From NCBI GenBank assembly GCA_043228905.1, contig JBHGNT010000005.1:19530001-19594000 (forward strand): a DNA stretch of 64,000 nt, in the 5' to 3' direction. Within the stretch, counting starts at the first letter, position 1; the number at the start of each line of letters is the position of its first letter. The DNA comes from Azolla caroliniana. Its lineage: Eukaryota > Plantae > Polypodiophyta. Positions 36,800 through 50,699 of the stretch are shown one piece after another. The position numbers were made by a program, and so were the translations under genes. Under the pieces are notes generated by a model. That model did no database searches, had not been told where the DNA came from, and worked only from the letters and a program-made list of their open reading frames with translations.

Positions 36800-38520
36800 T
36801 AGTTTCATAAAAGAATGGTGCATGCCTTGGATGGGTCCTTGGATGTGTCCCTCACCCAACAACCACCCGTATCAAATTTGAGGTAGAGGGGATAGTCCAA
36901 TTGTGTACTCTTATAGATGAGGTCAAGACATGTTAGACCTCAGCTTTTTGCTACACTTCAAGACAAGATTTCTCCAAAGATTGCCTTGATGTTGGAGTCT
37001 GATACTCTAGAAGATGAAGTGGAACTTGTGATTTCTCACCTTCCATGAGAGAAGAATCTACACTAGCATAAACTCATTAATAATTTTTCAAAGCCTTTTG
37101 CCAAACTACTTGAATTGCTATACACTTATTCCAACCTATGTGGCAATGAAGATGGCTTAGCTCATGGTTTGATAGGCAACATTTTCCCAACATTGTTAAC
37201 CTAAAATTTGAGCAATGGGGACCAATTTCTTCAATGAACAATTTGTACAAGATCTTTGCTACGATCCTCGCTAATCATTTACATAAAGTGTCGTGGACCA
37301 TTGTCCTTCCTTTAGTACATGAATTTATTGTAGATCGTGATATTTTTACATAATATCTTTGAATCTAGATATAACAATGGATTAAGGTAAGAAATCAAGG
37401 TGAAAGATTATCATGAAGTACTACTATATTGGAAAAGGCATATACTTGTGCAAAATGTCTTTTAGTGGTCCACAAAAGCGATTGAATTTGGTGAAGATTT
37501 AGTATAATAAAATACATAGATTATCAAACACTTTTTAGTAACTGTGGCCCTTACCATAAAATTCAAGGGCTTGGATGGCATTTTGCTAATAGTAATCACC
37601 CATCTAAATGTTTTGGCTCCAAAATGACATTTATTGTTTTCATGGCAAAAGAGCTTAAACATTGTCCAATAGTACTTTTCATTGATAGAGGTGAGAAAGG
37701 ACATATTTTCATGTTCTGGCTAGGATGGAAATGACACTTTCAACACCTTGGTTTAATTGCCTAGCTACACTTAGCTTAGCGATGGATATATCATTGCTAA
37801 ACACCGAAAGCTCATGGCATTTTGAACCATTTGTAATATGTTTAAAGTTACCACAAGTTACGTTTGGTTTGGATTTTTTCTAGCCTATAGATACTGGGTA
37901 TTATCATCCCTAAGTGAGATGACGTGAAATCATGGATAGATCGGTTATTTGACAACCAAATATCTAAACTAATAATATTCATAAAAGTTTGATTGAGAAG
38001 GAATCATGATTGGTTGGTCAAATAATGATGGTATGAGTTGTGACATATAACTAGATTTTCTGAAGTGGTGTTCAGGAGTTCACGATACAGTTTGACATTC
38101 TTATTTGTCATTTTGAGGGAATATTTTTGGTTGGGGACTCAAGATGGTTATATATTATCATTGGACCATTTAATGAAACAACATATCTTAAATGGTGTGT
38201 TTCTTTTATACAAACTCCTCAAGGATGGGATACATAGTTTTCTACGATGCCCAACTTCAAGTGCTATACGTAATGATTTCACAACTTTGAACTTTGGTTA
38301 TAGAGATTACATCAACCTATTAAACACGGTCTTGGTTGGGGTCAATTGAGCATTGCCATTGTGCTCTTATCTAAGGTGGCGTTTGATTTTCCAAGGATTC
38401 TCAACTATCAAATCCTAACTATTGTAAGGCTGCAACTTCTCTCTAGACTATCTTGCTCACACATGCACACAAATTACACCAATTCCTTTATGCTATCTTT
38501 ATGGAGTATCTAGGTTTAGG
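36800..38520 (+). mobile_element. Highly degraded L1-type LINE ORF2 (RT and C-terminal zinc-binding region)
   Basis: From about 37213 it reads QWGPISSMNNLYKIFATILANHLHKV...EFIVDRDI, then LEKAY near 37430, matching the L1 RT N-terminal WRPISL.N..YK..AK.LA.RL. DGIHSFLRCP lies near 38225. Boundaries are approximate. Confidence 0.65.
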
Positions 38521-39689
38521 ACTTATGATGTATGAGAGTTTCTTTTGCTTTTGGTTCTCTTAGGTTCTTTTCCCTTATGAGGAAAAAAGGAGTAGGTCAT
38601 TAAATATGCCTACATTCGTGGGTCTTCATAAACTTGAAAATTTGAAGTTCAAATTTTTTATGTAATATAGTGTTCACTGTTCATTATACGTTCCCACCGT
38701 CTTTAATTCTCTCTACAATAATGCGGCAATAAAAAGATATTGCCAATCAATTGCAATTGATTTTTTAGTTGTCAATTATGTTATGCATTCACTTACTCAA
38801 GCCTCTCGTAATAACTACAACCTCTCTTTTTTTATGGGAGAATGTGATGGACTCACATAAAGTATTGCCCACTCTTCTATATGACTTTTGTATTGTCTAA
38901 GATTTTGAGTAACTTTAGTTTTGTTCTAAGATTTCTAAGGCCATTGTTTGATCAATTACCATGTGCCTAATTGATTTTATAAATACAACAAAATCATTTA
39001 TGTACTTTTAGTGGCTCATATGCATGCCAATGCATGTATGATCAATCATATCTAAAGACACACATATTAGAACAAAGGATTTTACTTGAATAGTGGTTCT
39101 CTCAACGATGAATCATCATTGATTTCTTTGCTTTTGTAATATTGTGGCCCTCAGATCCTATTAGAGACAAATTTTAATACCATAAAACCTTTAATGACAA
39201 TGAGTTGAAACATGCATGTGCCATAAAGATAACATTCAAATATAGTTACAATGGTTCATCACTAAGATTGAGTGTACATACACTTGTCTAAGATCTAATT
39301 GACCATAGGCCTTTTTATCAATGATGTCATCTCTTTAAGATAATCTCAATTCATGGAAGTTCAGAGAATTTTGGAGTACGATCAACACAAAACTAGAAAA
39401 GGACTTGCCTTTTACATGCTTTGTCTGACACATATTTGAGAAAAGTAAAGAAGCCCATAAAATATCTCAAAAGATAGTATGAAGAAGAACATCCTCTAAA
39501 AAATATGAAGAATACCTAAACTCAATTCAAAACAATAAATTGTATGGTCCAAAAGTATAGTACAGAGTATGCCTATATGTGGCAATATGCTAGGAGGCAC
39601 ATCATAATGCATGTTTCACAGGTTATTCGATAATAGGAATGTGTTCAAAATTCTCAAGATTAAATATAGAGCACAACATAAATTCATAC

Positions 39690-40440
39690 ACCTACCCCGA
39701 TGAATGGATGATCATGGATGCGAGGATTAGAATTGCGAGAGAAAAAACATATAGTTTATCATGTCTTGTGAATGGAGATATTCCATCATGGTAAGAGGCT
39801 CAAAACCTTCAAATGTTAGCAAATTTATTTTGCAATGAGTCTAGTGGATGATAGATGATGATAGTGGGTGTGGGTGTGGGTGTGGGGTTCAATTTGCTCC
39901 GAAGAGACCAACAAATGCATTGAGCGTTGTGTATGGATCATGGATCATGAATGTGAATCGAGAAGAAATCTACATCATACATTGAGACTTGAGAATGGAT
40001 GACTGTGGATCATGGTTAGGTGGTCATTATGGGCCTCAACATATCAACAAAGACACCATGAATTGAGCATTATGAATGGAGGGTGGATTATGGATATGTT
40101 GTCTCAAGCCTTGAGATACCATCAAATGCATTATGCATTATCAAGTCTTGGATCTTAGGGTCTTATGCTATTAACAAATGTATTGTTTACTAAAAAGCCT
40201 TCGTGAATGGATGATAATCAAATATTGTGGATATGAGGTCTATAGGGGCCATGAGATCGTTGTATGGATCATCCATCAAGCCCTTGAGAGTGAATGGTAA
40301 TCGATTTCTTAGATGGGAGGTCTAGATCTTGGAGAGAACAAATGTATGCATCATACATTGAGTTTTGTGAGCCAATCATGAATGTGAGATCAAGAGCATA
40401 CAACTGAAGAAAATGCACCATCCCTTGAGGCTTCCGAATC
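39690..40440. repeat. Old degenerate tandem/low-complexity array
   Basis: Recurring GTGAATGGA(T/G)...ATCATGGAT and CAAATGCATTGAG motifs. Confidence 0.5.
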
Positions 40441-41649
40441 GACAAAACTCAAGAGATTGAGTGTATATAAGTTGTAATCATGAACAATTGAGGGTGTGAA
40501 ACTTTGAATCTTGAGGAATAGTTAAATAGTTGTGTTAGTGTGGAATTTGGATCACGGATGTGCACATTGCCACACACAATACACACTTCAAACATATCAT
40601 ACACGCACGCATGCATGTGCGCACACACACTACCAATACACACACCGTTTTTGGCAATGTATTCTTTTACTAGTGACAAATCTCAAAGTGGGGTAAATAT
40701 GCCCACCAATGTCATGAGATACAAGACAATCATACCTAAATAATCAATATGAGATAGGCATTGCTTATCCAAAATTGTGCTCAACGTGAATAGTACCCAT
40801 GCAAAAAACATAGCAAATATTTCAAGGTCTTATGCTAGAAAGCCAAGAAGATAAAATAAAACTTTTATTATGAATGAGTTATTGGAGTCATGTACAGTTG
40901 TACTCTAATCCCCACATCTCGACCAATTACTCTTTACATGGTTTCCTACCATTATAAACTTGTTTTAAAATTGTCAAAATGATTTTACATACATTACCTT
41001 ATTAAATTGTCTCGACTCCCATTTTTTATTTTTACCTAATTTTCATAATTATAACAAAACTTCTCTAGAGTAATGAAATAACAGATTCTATGGTTAATAA
41101 AAGTGTAGACGCTTTTAATCGTAATCAGTTTCATACATAATCTTTAATTGTGGCTTTTTCATTATAGAAAAGAGGAAATTTCCTCAATCACTCAAAATTC
41201 TCTCTCACTCTTTGAACATTTTTCGTCGTACATATTTTGTCAACATTCACGAGGGGGTCAATGTGACCCATGGGACCAAAATCTTTACAAAGTACTCACT
41301 CACTTCAACTTGTATAGGTGGGGGATTTTCAAATGATAAAATCAGAACAAAATTAAAGGTTGAAATAAAAAAACTAAGGTTCTTTCCCAATGTCACAATT
41401 TAGAAATTGGATGTTCCATTCCAATGAGGTCACAGAAGTTCCAATTCTTGTTAGGGTACTTGAAAGCTACTACAAACTTATAAGAATTTCAAAATATAAG
41501 CATGCTTGATGTCCTCACATGCAAGACATTCCCATGTGATAGGTTTGTCTATTTCTATTATGTTCAGGCAACATAGATCACATGTTACATCTTTCTATTC
41601 AAAATTCAACCAAGCACTAGTTTTTATTTTCATTGTGTGAGCGTGTTTG

Positions 41650-42760
41650 CATCCACATGACGACATATCTCACTCTCTTAGGCATTGGTGCATCAAATGT
41701 GAGCTTGGGCATAAGCTAGGCACCCTTAGTAGTTTTCCCACTATTAAGCATTAATCATTTGCCCAAATAGTCTCTTGATGAGCCATTTTCTATTGTATAG
41801 ACTCTGGAGACCTTCAAGTGTGTCTAAGTAGAACATGGGCTTATTTTCTCTACCACTTTCTATACATATGTACTTGAACATGTGCATCTTGATTTGCCAT
41901 TAATAGCTTTAATATGCCATATGATGTTTTAGACCCAATTGGATGCAATAAATTTGCATTTATAGTTTTTCTAAAGGAAGCATCCAAATCCACATGTGGT
42001 CTTAGGGAAGAAATTTGAACGCATTTCCTTTTTCATTATGAATTTGTAAACTCTTTGAATACTATTGAACTCTTTTGGCGTCTTCCCGTTTCTAGGAACA
42101 TTAGTGACTGTGGAGTTATGCTCTCAACCCTAAATTGGTTTTGTATTTCTCTAAGAATGTTGAAATACTATTGTCCACAAATCTCAGTTCAATAAAGTGA
42201 CGTTTACACCATATGCATGCATTGATTAAGACATTAGTCTACTCAAATATATCATCTTTGAGTTTTGTAAAAGTGGCACATGTTCACGAATTCATAACGT
42301 TGGGTATGTCGATCGTAGTATGTTGTGCTTTTAATTCTAACTGACAACATAGAAATTGCTTGTGCTTGAATTGCTAAAACATTGCCCCCCAACTAAAGTA
42401 TTTAAAATTGTGGACCACTTGAATTATGGTCTCTTCATAGTGCAATACTAGTTGGTGATTCATATTTAAGAGCTTGCCACCAAGGTTCTGATCTTAGCCA
42501 CATTGACTACATACCACTACTTATCTAAAACCTTTTGTAGCATCGAGTGAGGCTATGACAAAAGTGCAACATTTTGTATGTAGGTTAAAAGCAATATTAT
42601 GAAATGTTTGATAGTTGGTTTTTCTTTGGGTACTCCTAAGGCTTCTTGTACACTGACCAAATAGAGTAGGTGATAGAGGGCATCTTTGTTTCCATGTTAT
42701 AGATTTAAATTTGTACATACTAAATATGAGAGATTTGTCTCCTAGGTTATGAGTGACATG
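41650..42760 (-). mobile_element. LINE RT remnant (RTE-like)
   Basis: KQRCPLSPTLFG (RT motif QGCPLSP) in ORF 42521..42784, similar to the element at 50.7-52 kb. Confidence 0.55.
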
Positions 42761-43063
42761 GGTCTCCCTAGTATAGTTGATCACCTTTTTAGAGGTTGAT
42801 GAGAGATAATTTAGTATATTGATATAGAGGAAAACTGTAGAGATTGTTTTTGGTAAATCTCCCTTATAGAGAGAGTGTATACCACTTGGTATAGAATTAT
42901 TTTTATTTTTATTTTTCCAAAAACACTTGGTATAGAATTTTCATCATTTAAATAAATTATTGCCTTAATACTAGCTAGTTTATCATGAAACTTAAACAAA
43001 ATATATTTTGTTAATCAAACTTTCATTTAACTTATACAGACTAATAAGGGTTTAGGGTTTATT

Positions 43064-43232
43064 TACCCAAATGCCTCTAAATTTTCACTATTTCCCCAAT
43101 ATGCTAGACTTGGTTAACCTCGTCAAGCAATTATATGGCCTTTTTCTCAATTACTTGTGCTATTTGAGCAATCATGTTGTATGTTTCATCCCTTGGTTCT
43201 CTAGTCTAATGGTTGACTAGGGGCATTTGGGG
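43064..43232. mobile_element. MITE-like element
   Basis: Imperfect TIRs ACCCAAATGCCTCTA / TAGGGGCATTTGGGG; a related copy lies at 17895-18042. Confidence 0.55.
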
Positions 43233-43829
43233 AAACAAAGAAAAACACATTGTAGTTCAAAGTTTTCCTCGATTAAATAACTACAATGTCCTTAGTCCTC
43301 GCTTTATTATTATATAGAAAAGATGTCATAGACTACTTAATCTTAGATTCCCTTGTAAAAAAGCTATGACCCTAACTCTAGGGTTTTAAACCTATTAAAG
43401 CAATAATTTGTTACTAGATATATAGATTGATCTAAACTTTAAAGCATACTCATATTATATTATTATCTAGAAGCTATATTTCATCTTGAAGCAAACTCTG
43501 TATTTTATTACAAAAGAAAAAAGAAAGGTATTGTCATGAATGGTGGTCCATTAAGTAGAGTACTGTACATACAAATCTATGGAGGCATAAAGTTTAAAAT
43601 TATTTCAATTCTATAAATTTGACTAAACTTCTTAGTGCTCAACTATCCATTGATCAAAAGTTGCATATCTATCATTAAATTCTATCAACTAAAGTTATTG
43701 AACTCCATTTAGACTTTTTTGAAGCCAATTGAAGATGCAACTAATTGTCAACTAACTACACTTGCATTGTTTTAAGCTAATTATAAATGAAAAAATGTCA
43801 CTAACTCTTATAAAACCCAATATTATGGA

Positions 43830-43950
43830 ATAACACTAACCCTTGTAAACTCCAACTCACGAAATAACCCTAACCCTCTTAAGCCCGAACTTGCAAAATT
43901 ACCCTAACCCTCATAAACCCTATCTCATGAAATGCTAGAATAAACACTAA
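43830..43950. repeat. About 35-bp degenerate tandem repeat containing TAACCC motifs
   Basis: About 3 units of TAACCCTAACCCTC.TAAACCC... Confidence 0.6.
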
Positions 43951-46900
43951 TTGTAGTCACATCCCATTAACCAATCATGGTAACTATCCCACTTAGGTAG
44001 CTTCAAATGACCCTATACATTCCAACAAAAAGTTAGGGATTCCATCATGTATGTAAGAAACATAGTAGCATGGTGCAAAGTAGAGAGATTTTAATGGAAA
44101 CTACATAAGCATGAAATTAGGAGGTAACAAATAAAAAGACAAGAAACTTATGAATTAGTGGTATTATGATCAAGCCAAAGTGTGGGTTCTAATATGAGAT
44201 GGACAAAACAAGCCTAACATGTCTCAAATTGTGGCAACACTTCAAAAGTGAAACAAGGTCAACCTTTGCAAAGGAGATTCATCCTCCCAAAGAAAGAGGT
44301 CAATATTTTGGAAAGGTGAAACATACCCCAAGGTATAGGTCTACCTCGGAAAAAGGCAAATCTGTGGCTAGGGAAGAGCACAATTGGAACAAGGAACGAG
44401 GGTCATGCTTGCAAAGGGTTTTTGTCCGATTATGAAAAAGACAAATATTTGGAAAGGGGTCCATTATCTAGGTATAGGCCTACAGTATTTCAAAATGGAC
44501 TCCAAGCCTCATGTTTTGGATTAGATATTGTACATATTGAGCACAAGGAAATTGTCCCCTATGTTGCTAGTGGCACACACTTCTTGGGTATGATTACTCG
44601 AGGTTTTAGAAAAGAAACCTCGTGAAACCAATTGTGATTGAGGGAGAAAGGACACTAATGCTAATAAACCATAATTGTGATGGTTGTGTCAACTATTTAG
44701 AGAGTGTGAGTGAGGTGGTTTAGTTTGACACATTGATTGACATCTAGTTTAGAAGACGAACTATATAGTGCGATAAAACTCATAACCTAATTTTGAAAGT
44801 CTGTAAGCCCATTGACCTAAAAACAAACAATATATAGCCTATTTTTGAGGTTACATAAGCTCATTGCCTAAAAAACATCGCCATATAAAAAACTAAGCAT
44901 AAAATAAATGAGACACAAGCCCACATACACGCCTAGGATGTTTAAAAGTATTTTAGAACCATTTGACCTATTGTCATGTGCTTCTTTATGGCCAAGATGA
45001 AGAATGTGACCTAGTTGGTAAGGTTGTTTGCCAAAGACACTAGATGGTCATTCAGTTCCAATTAATAAGATTTTATATTTGAAACCTTGGTGCATGGGCT
45101 AGTAAAATTTTGACTTAGATAGCAAGGAGCAAAAACACCATATTCAAAATGACTTGAAAGGCTTAGTTGTATGCCATCTTTAACTAAACAAGGAAGAGCA
45201 GAGCTTATGACATAATTGGGTACTTAATGAAGGGCTCCATTAGCTATTGGATATCCTTAGGCAAACCACAATGGCTATGGATTAGGCATAGAAATTAGGG
45301 TGTCATGCTATACAAATCTTTTGGGGTATTATTGTTCGCGTTCTCTAATTGTGGATGTTGGCAAAACTACTACAAAGTATGTGTTAGGTTGTTAACTCCA
45401 TACTATGGCTCATGAGTCCACATCACTAAACAATTGATTGTCTCCAACGTGAGTCACACTACTACCATATAGGAATCCTTCATGGTTATAGATAGAACAA
45501 GAGCCTCACATATAATGTGGAAGCACTACCTTGGGAGAGGAAAGTGCAATATGCATGAAAGTCGAACTTGTGGATTTGAAGAAATGACCTAAAATAACTT
45601 ATTAATAATGCCATGTAATATGTCCATTGGATTGCTAAAATCAATATAATCTAGAACAAGGTTTGGGTCACTCCACTACAAAACCACATCCTTTAACTGC
45701 CCATGGTAATAAAGTCACTTGAGGGGATAATTATGGATGTTACTTATCCACCTTAATGTGAGCAAGCACCTTGTTATTACGTTACATCAATAATCTCTCT
45801 TGTATTATTCAAATATGATATACATCTCCATAGGTTCTAAATGCTTGTTTGAATAAGTAAATGTGCATAATTGGTTTGTCTTTGTTTTGTTTTTCTAGCC
45901 GAGACTTCTCCCTAGAGCTCTCCAAACAAGAAAATGTTAACAAGATTTCTCCCTTCAGCTATTTGGTTTTTGACCCCTCTTTTGTTTTAAATTTTCCACG
46001 AAACCCACCACACACATGCTAACCTAACCTTCTCTTAGATTGGGTCGTGCATACTCAAAGCTTAGCTTTTGTGAAATTTCTCTACCGCTAATGCAAAAAG
46101 AACACTAAATTAGTCACAAATGCTCACATACCTCGTTCCGTGTTGTGTAAATGAAATAAGCACATATCATTTGGCTATTCTTGAGAATATTAGGAATTAA
46201 GCAATAACAAAGTCGAATGCTCATTCAGTCGAGATGCTTAGTACATGAAATGTGTGCACTAGATTACTTAGTTCTACAATTCCCAACAATTCCCAAACAC
46301 GAGCAAATTTACATTCCTCGTGAAATTACACATGATCTTCAAATGGATATAATTTATCATGTGAACTTTGACAAAAAGATATGCATGTGACATGGAAGAG
46401 CATTGCGCTAACTTATCTTAGTGACACAAATTCGCATAATTGATATTGGACAAACACTTGAACGTCACACCATCAATAGTTCACGAGCAGTTTTCGTTAA
46501 TGCTCATTTATGGAGGTTCAAATCATGTAGCGATTTTCAAAGCCATGATTTATGGAATGGTAGATATAATGAAATAGTTCTAAATTAATTACGTAGGAGG
46601 TTGGTTGAAATTTGTGTGATTTTGAAGTGTCATATCACTAGGGATGGATCACCTTGCTTAAGCGATTTACAAGCAAAAGGCATGACAATAGTGATAATAG
46701 TTAGTGCATGACATGTATATGAATTGTGCAAGGGTGTAGTTCCTAGGTTCCTTATGGAGTGCTTTTTGTGATGGAAAATAAATTATAATGAATACATACT
46801 CACATCAAATACCTCTTTAGAAAAGTAGGAGGCAATCTAGGATTTTGTAACATAGTCTTTTCGGAGCTAAAATCCCAAGACTTTGATCCCTTTCCCAATA

Positions 46901-47639
46901 GGGAAGTGGCTTAGCAACATCATGGGGGGATGATGATTCATAAAGAAGCCAAAAGGAAATCCATGATTCAAGGCACTCTCATATGGGAAGAAATAAAAAA
47001 TTGTACCTACTCACTAGTAAAGTGAGCTAGAGTTTACAAAGGGATACATAATTTAAACATGGTATGCAAGCATTCTGATGAAACTCGTAATAAATAACAA
47101 AGGTTTGCACTTTTGTTATTATAACTTGTGCAACTTACGTGGGTCACTTGGGTCACGTGTTTTCCTTTGGAATCATCAACCTCCTATAGCATTTTTTACC
47201 CCTTGCTTTTCTAGAAGTAAATGCTACTATACTTTCTTTTTTTTTCAAATCTATTTGTCACTAAAATATTTATGCATAACCTTATTCCTCTTGGGTGCAT
47301 CAATCCATAGTAAAAACAATAGAAAAGTAGATATGAATGGCCAATAATCTATTAGCAAATGAAGGAAATGTTATTGCTTTCCGACTCTTGGGTGATGGAG
47401 ATCTTATGAAGCTATGTTTAGAAGCAATGGGTTGATTGGATTATCTTCATCTAGAATTATGAAGAGACTTCCTATTGCATGAAACATCCTGCTAATTGGA
47501 AACTTTAACCCAAAACTGTAATGTCCCAGGTCTACGAGCAATAGGCAATAATGAGAAACCAATGCCTTCATATATATTGAAAAAGAGCCTCCAAAAATCT
47601 TAACACATTATTGCTTGGAGACTCACAATGTTCAACTTT

Positions 47640-48380
47640 GAACAAAATGTCTGGCATTCACAAATTATGGCCATATTCAAAGGAAATTTTGAGATATTGT
47701 CTTCTTGCTTGATCATTTCACTTAAAACTCTTAATTAGCATTTAAGTTTTTGTGTTCGCCACATTAAAGATTGTGTCACTTTGGAAGCTCAAAGAAAAGT
47801 TTGCTTGCTTGGTCTCATTACTATAGCTGAAAAATGGTATTGCTTACTTGCATGATCACTCAAATCAGAATTCATAGGCATTCAATTCTTTCCTTTCATC
47901 GCATTAAAGATTATCTCTGTTAAAGTTAAAAGAAAGTTAGAATTGCTGAATGTTGCAAACCATGTAAAATTTCCATAACATTGGTTTCAAAATGCTTTCC
48001 ACGGATGATCATTCTAACCATCGTTCTTGTGCATTTAATCAATCCTATTCAAACTCAAAGAAAACCTGCTTTGTTGCATTTATAAATTGTGGCCAAAAGA
48101 TGATATTTACTTCTTGGACAATCATTCTAATAAAATTTGTTATGCACTCATTTCTTTCTCTCTACTGCATTAAAGATGTATCTCATTGTGAAAGTTCAAA
48201 GGAAATCTATTTTGTTAGGTTTGCAAACTGTGGCCAGAAGATTATATTGCCTTCTCTCATGATCATTCCCCAACATTAAAGACGATCTCACTATGAAAGT
48301 TTGCTTTGTTGGATTCACAGACTATGACAAGAAGATGACTTTGCCTTCTTGCATGATGATTCTAATCAGGAATTGTTGAG
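47640..48380. repeat. About 140-bp degenerate tandem repeat, about 5 copies
   Basis: CATTAAAGA at about 47762, 47903, 48168 and 48274, with recurring CAAAG(A/G)AAA..TGCTTTGTT and TGCCTTCTTGCATGAT. Confidence 0.7.
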
Positions 48381-49282
48381 ATTTTTATCTTTTTGCTGCA
48401 TCAAATATTAGTTTATAATTATCCATGAACTTTCAAGTGCAAATGAAGATTTGGTGGCCACCCGCACATTTCTACCGTTCATCAGCATATCAAAAAAGTC
48501 TTTATGAAGAATGCCACTGTATCAACCAAGACTTGCAAGCATATGTCAGATTTCCAAATCCCTGTAATAGTTCCAAAATTTACAAATTTCCTTGGATAAA
48601 ATAAAAAAACAGTTTTTATGAACTTCAGCAAACACATGACAATTTTGAATGAGTAGAGATTCTTTTTTAATCAAGCAAGAATGGCATCTTACACAAGTTA
48701 CTAGAAATCATGCACTGGTTTCAGTATAACCTGATAATTTAGAGCATATGTTACCACATCACAGAAAGCAATGCAAAAGGCTGATTGCCAATGTAGATAG
48801 TTTGTATTGATCCATATTACTCATTTTTACCTTCTCATTGCCTCTGAAAGCCATGCTCTCAGAGTTCTCTTGACTTCTTCAGGATGATTTCCATCTGAAA
48901 TAAACAAACATTGTATAATTACGGACCTTGTTGTGTTAGAGCTCTAATGGAACTTGTAATTTCTCTGATCATAAAGAGACAGCTGAAAAAAATGATGTTT
49001 GGTCACTGACAATAATGATGAGAAACATTCAATACGAATTGAATTGTTATGTGAGCGGGCATAACTTTCATTACAAGTCACTATTGTGGTTATAAACTCA
49101 TTTCCACGTGGATAACTTTGTTTATAGCATATACAGTCTAGTAGTGATGGAGGGAAGCTTAGGCTATTATAGTTCAACTCCAAGGCTTGTATCTATCGTT
49201 AATCAAAATCAATAATTACTTTGACTTTATTACTTCTATTTGCATTCGATTCTAACACAAATTGATGAATGAATGAATGATT

Positions 49283-49356
49283 GCTTACTTTAACAAATTG
49301 TTAAAGTAAGCTTTGGTCATGGTGAAGAATGACCATGACCAAAGCTTACTTTAACA
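49283..49356. repeat. Perfect 25-bp-arm inverted repeat with an extra 13-bp arm
   Basis: 49299-49323 and 49332-49356 are exact reverse complements; 49283-49295 is the reverse complement of 49299-49311. Confidence 0.95.
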
Positions 49357-50699
49357 GTGATAATGGCCATAAAATTTTCATTGCTCATTATGGAACTCTT
49401 CTAAAGATTCACATAATTATATATCTGGTAACGTTAACCAGTGAACATATATATCCAAACCCTATATATATCCAAATGGATTGAAGAGTAAAGGGCAAAG
49501 GAAAACTAATACTGCTAATGAAAGTACTTAAAGTCTCTATCATAACAAAACCCTTATATTTGAGCTAAAATATACTAAGAACTGTATGATTGTTTACTTC
49601 CTCCTGGATCAGTAAGATACCAAATACTCAAGAAAGGTCTTTACTATCACCATCACAATCATTATGCGATATAATTTACCTTTGCTTTTTTCTCTGGTTG
49701 AGGCCGTATGCCATCCTCAATGCTGAGTGTGGAATTGTAAATTTCTGCACAATAAACAATCATCAGACTGTACATGCATTCAGTAAAAAATTAAAAACAG
49801 TTCGTATAATCAAAGATGTCATGGATGTCCTTAACCTTTAAACTCTTTTGCTGGTTGAGACAATTTTCACCATGACGTCAAAAGCATATAACAGACATTC
49901 CTATAAAGAGTTCATACACCTTTGTTAGAACAAACCACACACGGGTTTGACTGTTCAACTCAAAAACATGAAGATTAAAATGAAACAGGAAATCCCTAAA
50001 AGAAGTTCAACAAACAAGACAGTAATATGCAAGATAATACAAAAGCTATAAGTGCATTGTTCACCTCACCCATGCTCATCTCAAGAAGTGCAAGATCATA
50101 AACTTAATTATGCCATTTAAAAAAATTGCATCCTTAGTAATGGAAAATATTAGATTAGATTTTTTTAATGTGAAAAGATTAAATTAGATTTTTTTAATGT
50201 CCACAAGGAAACCAAATTTGACACATGGGACTGAATAAACATAGCATTTTGTATGAGACTCCTTCCTATGAAAGGGGTTTACTACTCTGTAGTAAAAACT
50301 TTATGTGAAAATAATGCACACACATATGTGCTCACCCTTCTTGGTAGACATTTGCGTATGACACATTATCATACATGCCTAACAAGTCATCATATTTCTT
50401 GCAAATTACCTTATGTCTTATTCATCCTCCACTAGGTTTTCATTGCACACCTTGCATATCTTCATATTGGGTGATGATGCCACGATGCCACGATGCTACC
50501 TCAACACCTGACTTGTGTGAGTGAGTTCGAAGAATTGTTAAGGCTCTTTGAGAACCAAGACTCACGGGGGCAGTGAGATGCGATTGGATACGTTTTGGCA
50601 TTTTAACTTGTATTGGGGCCAACATTGGGTGTTAATATTTGCAATGTAGTATTCCAATTTTGACATTTTAGCATTTTACCACTTCATCATTCGTGCCTC

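Noticed and set aside
40600-40675. Helitron-like 3' end (…TTTTACTAGT)
   Set aside because: No clear GC-rich subterminal hairpin and no 5' TC end identified.
43830-43950. Interstitial telomeric repeat
   Set aside because: Only isolated TAACCC pairs inside a longer degenerate unit, not a TTTAGGG array.
26100-47400. Many 60-100-aa ORFs in the intergenic region
   Set aside because: No recognisable domains apart from the LINE remnants; consistent with random ORFs in AT-rich DNA.
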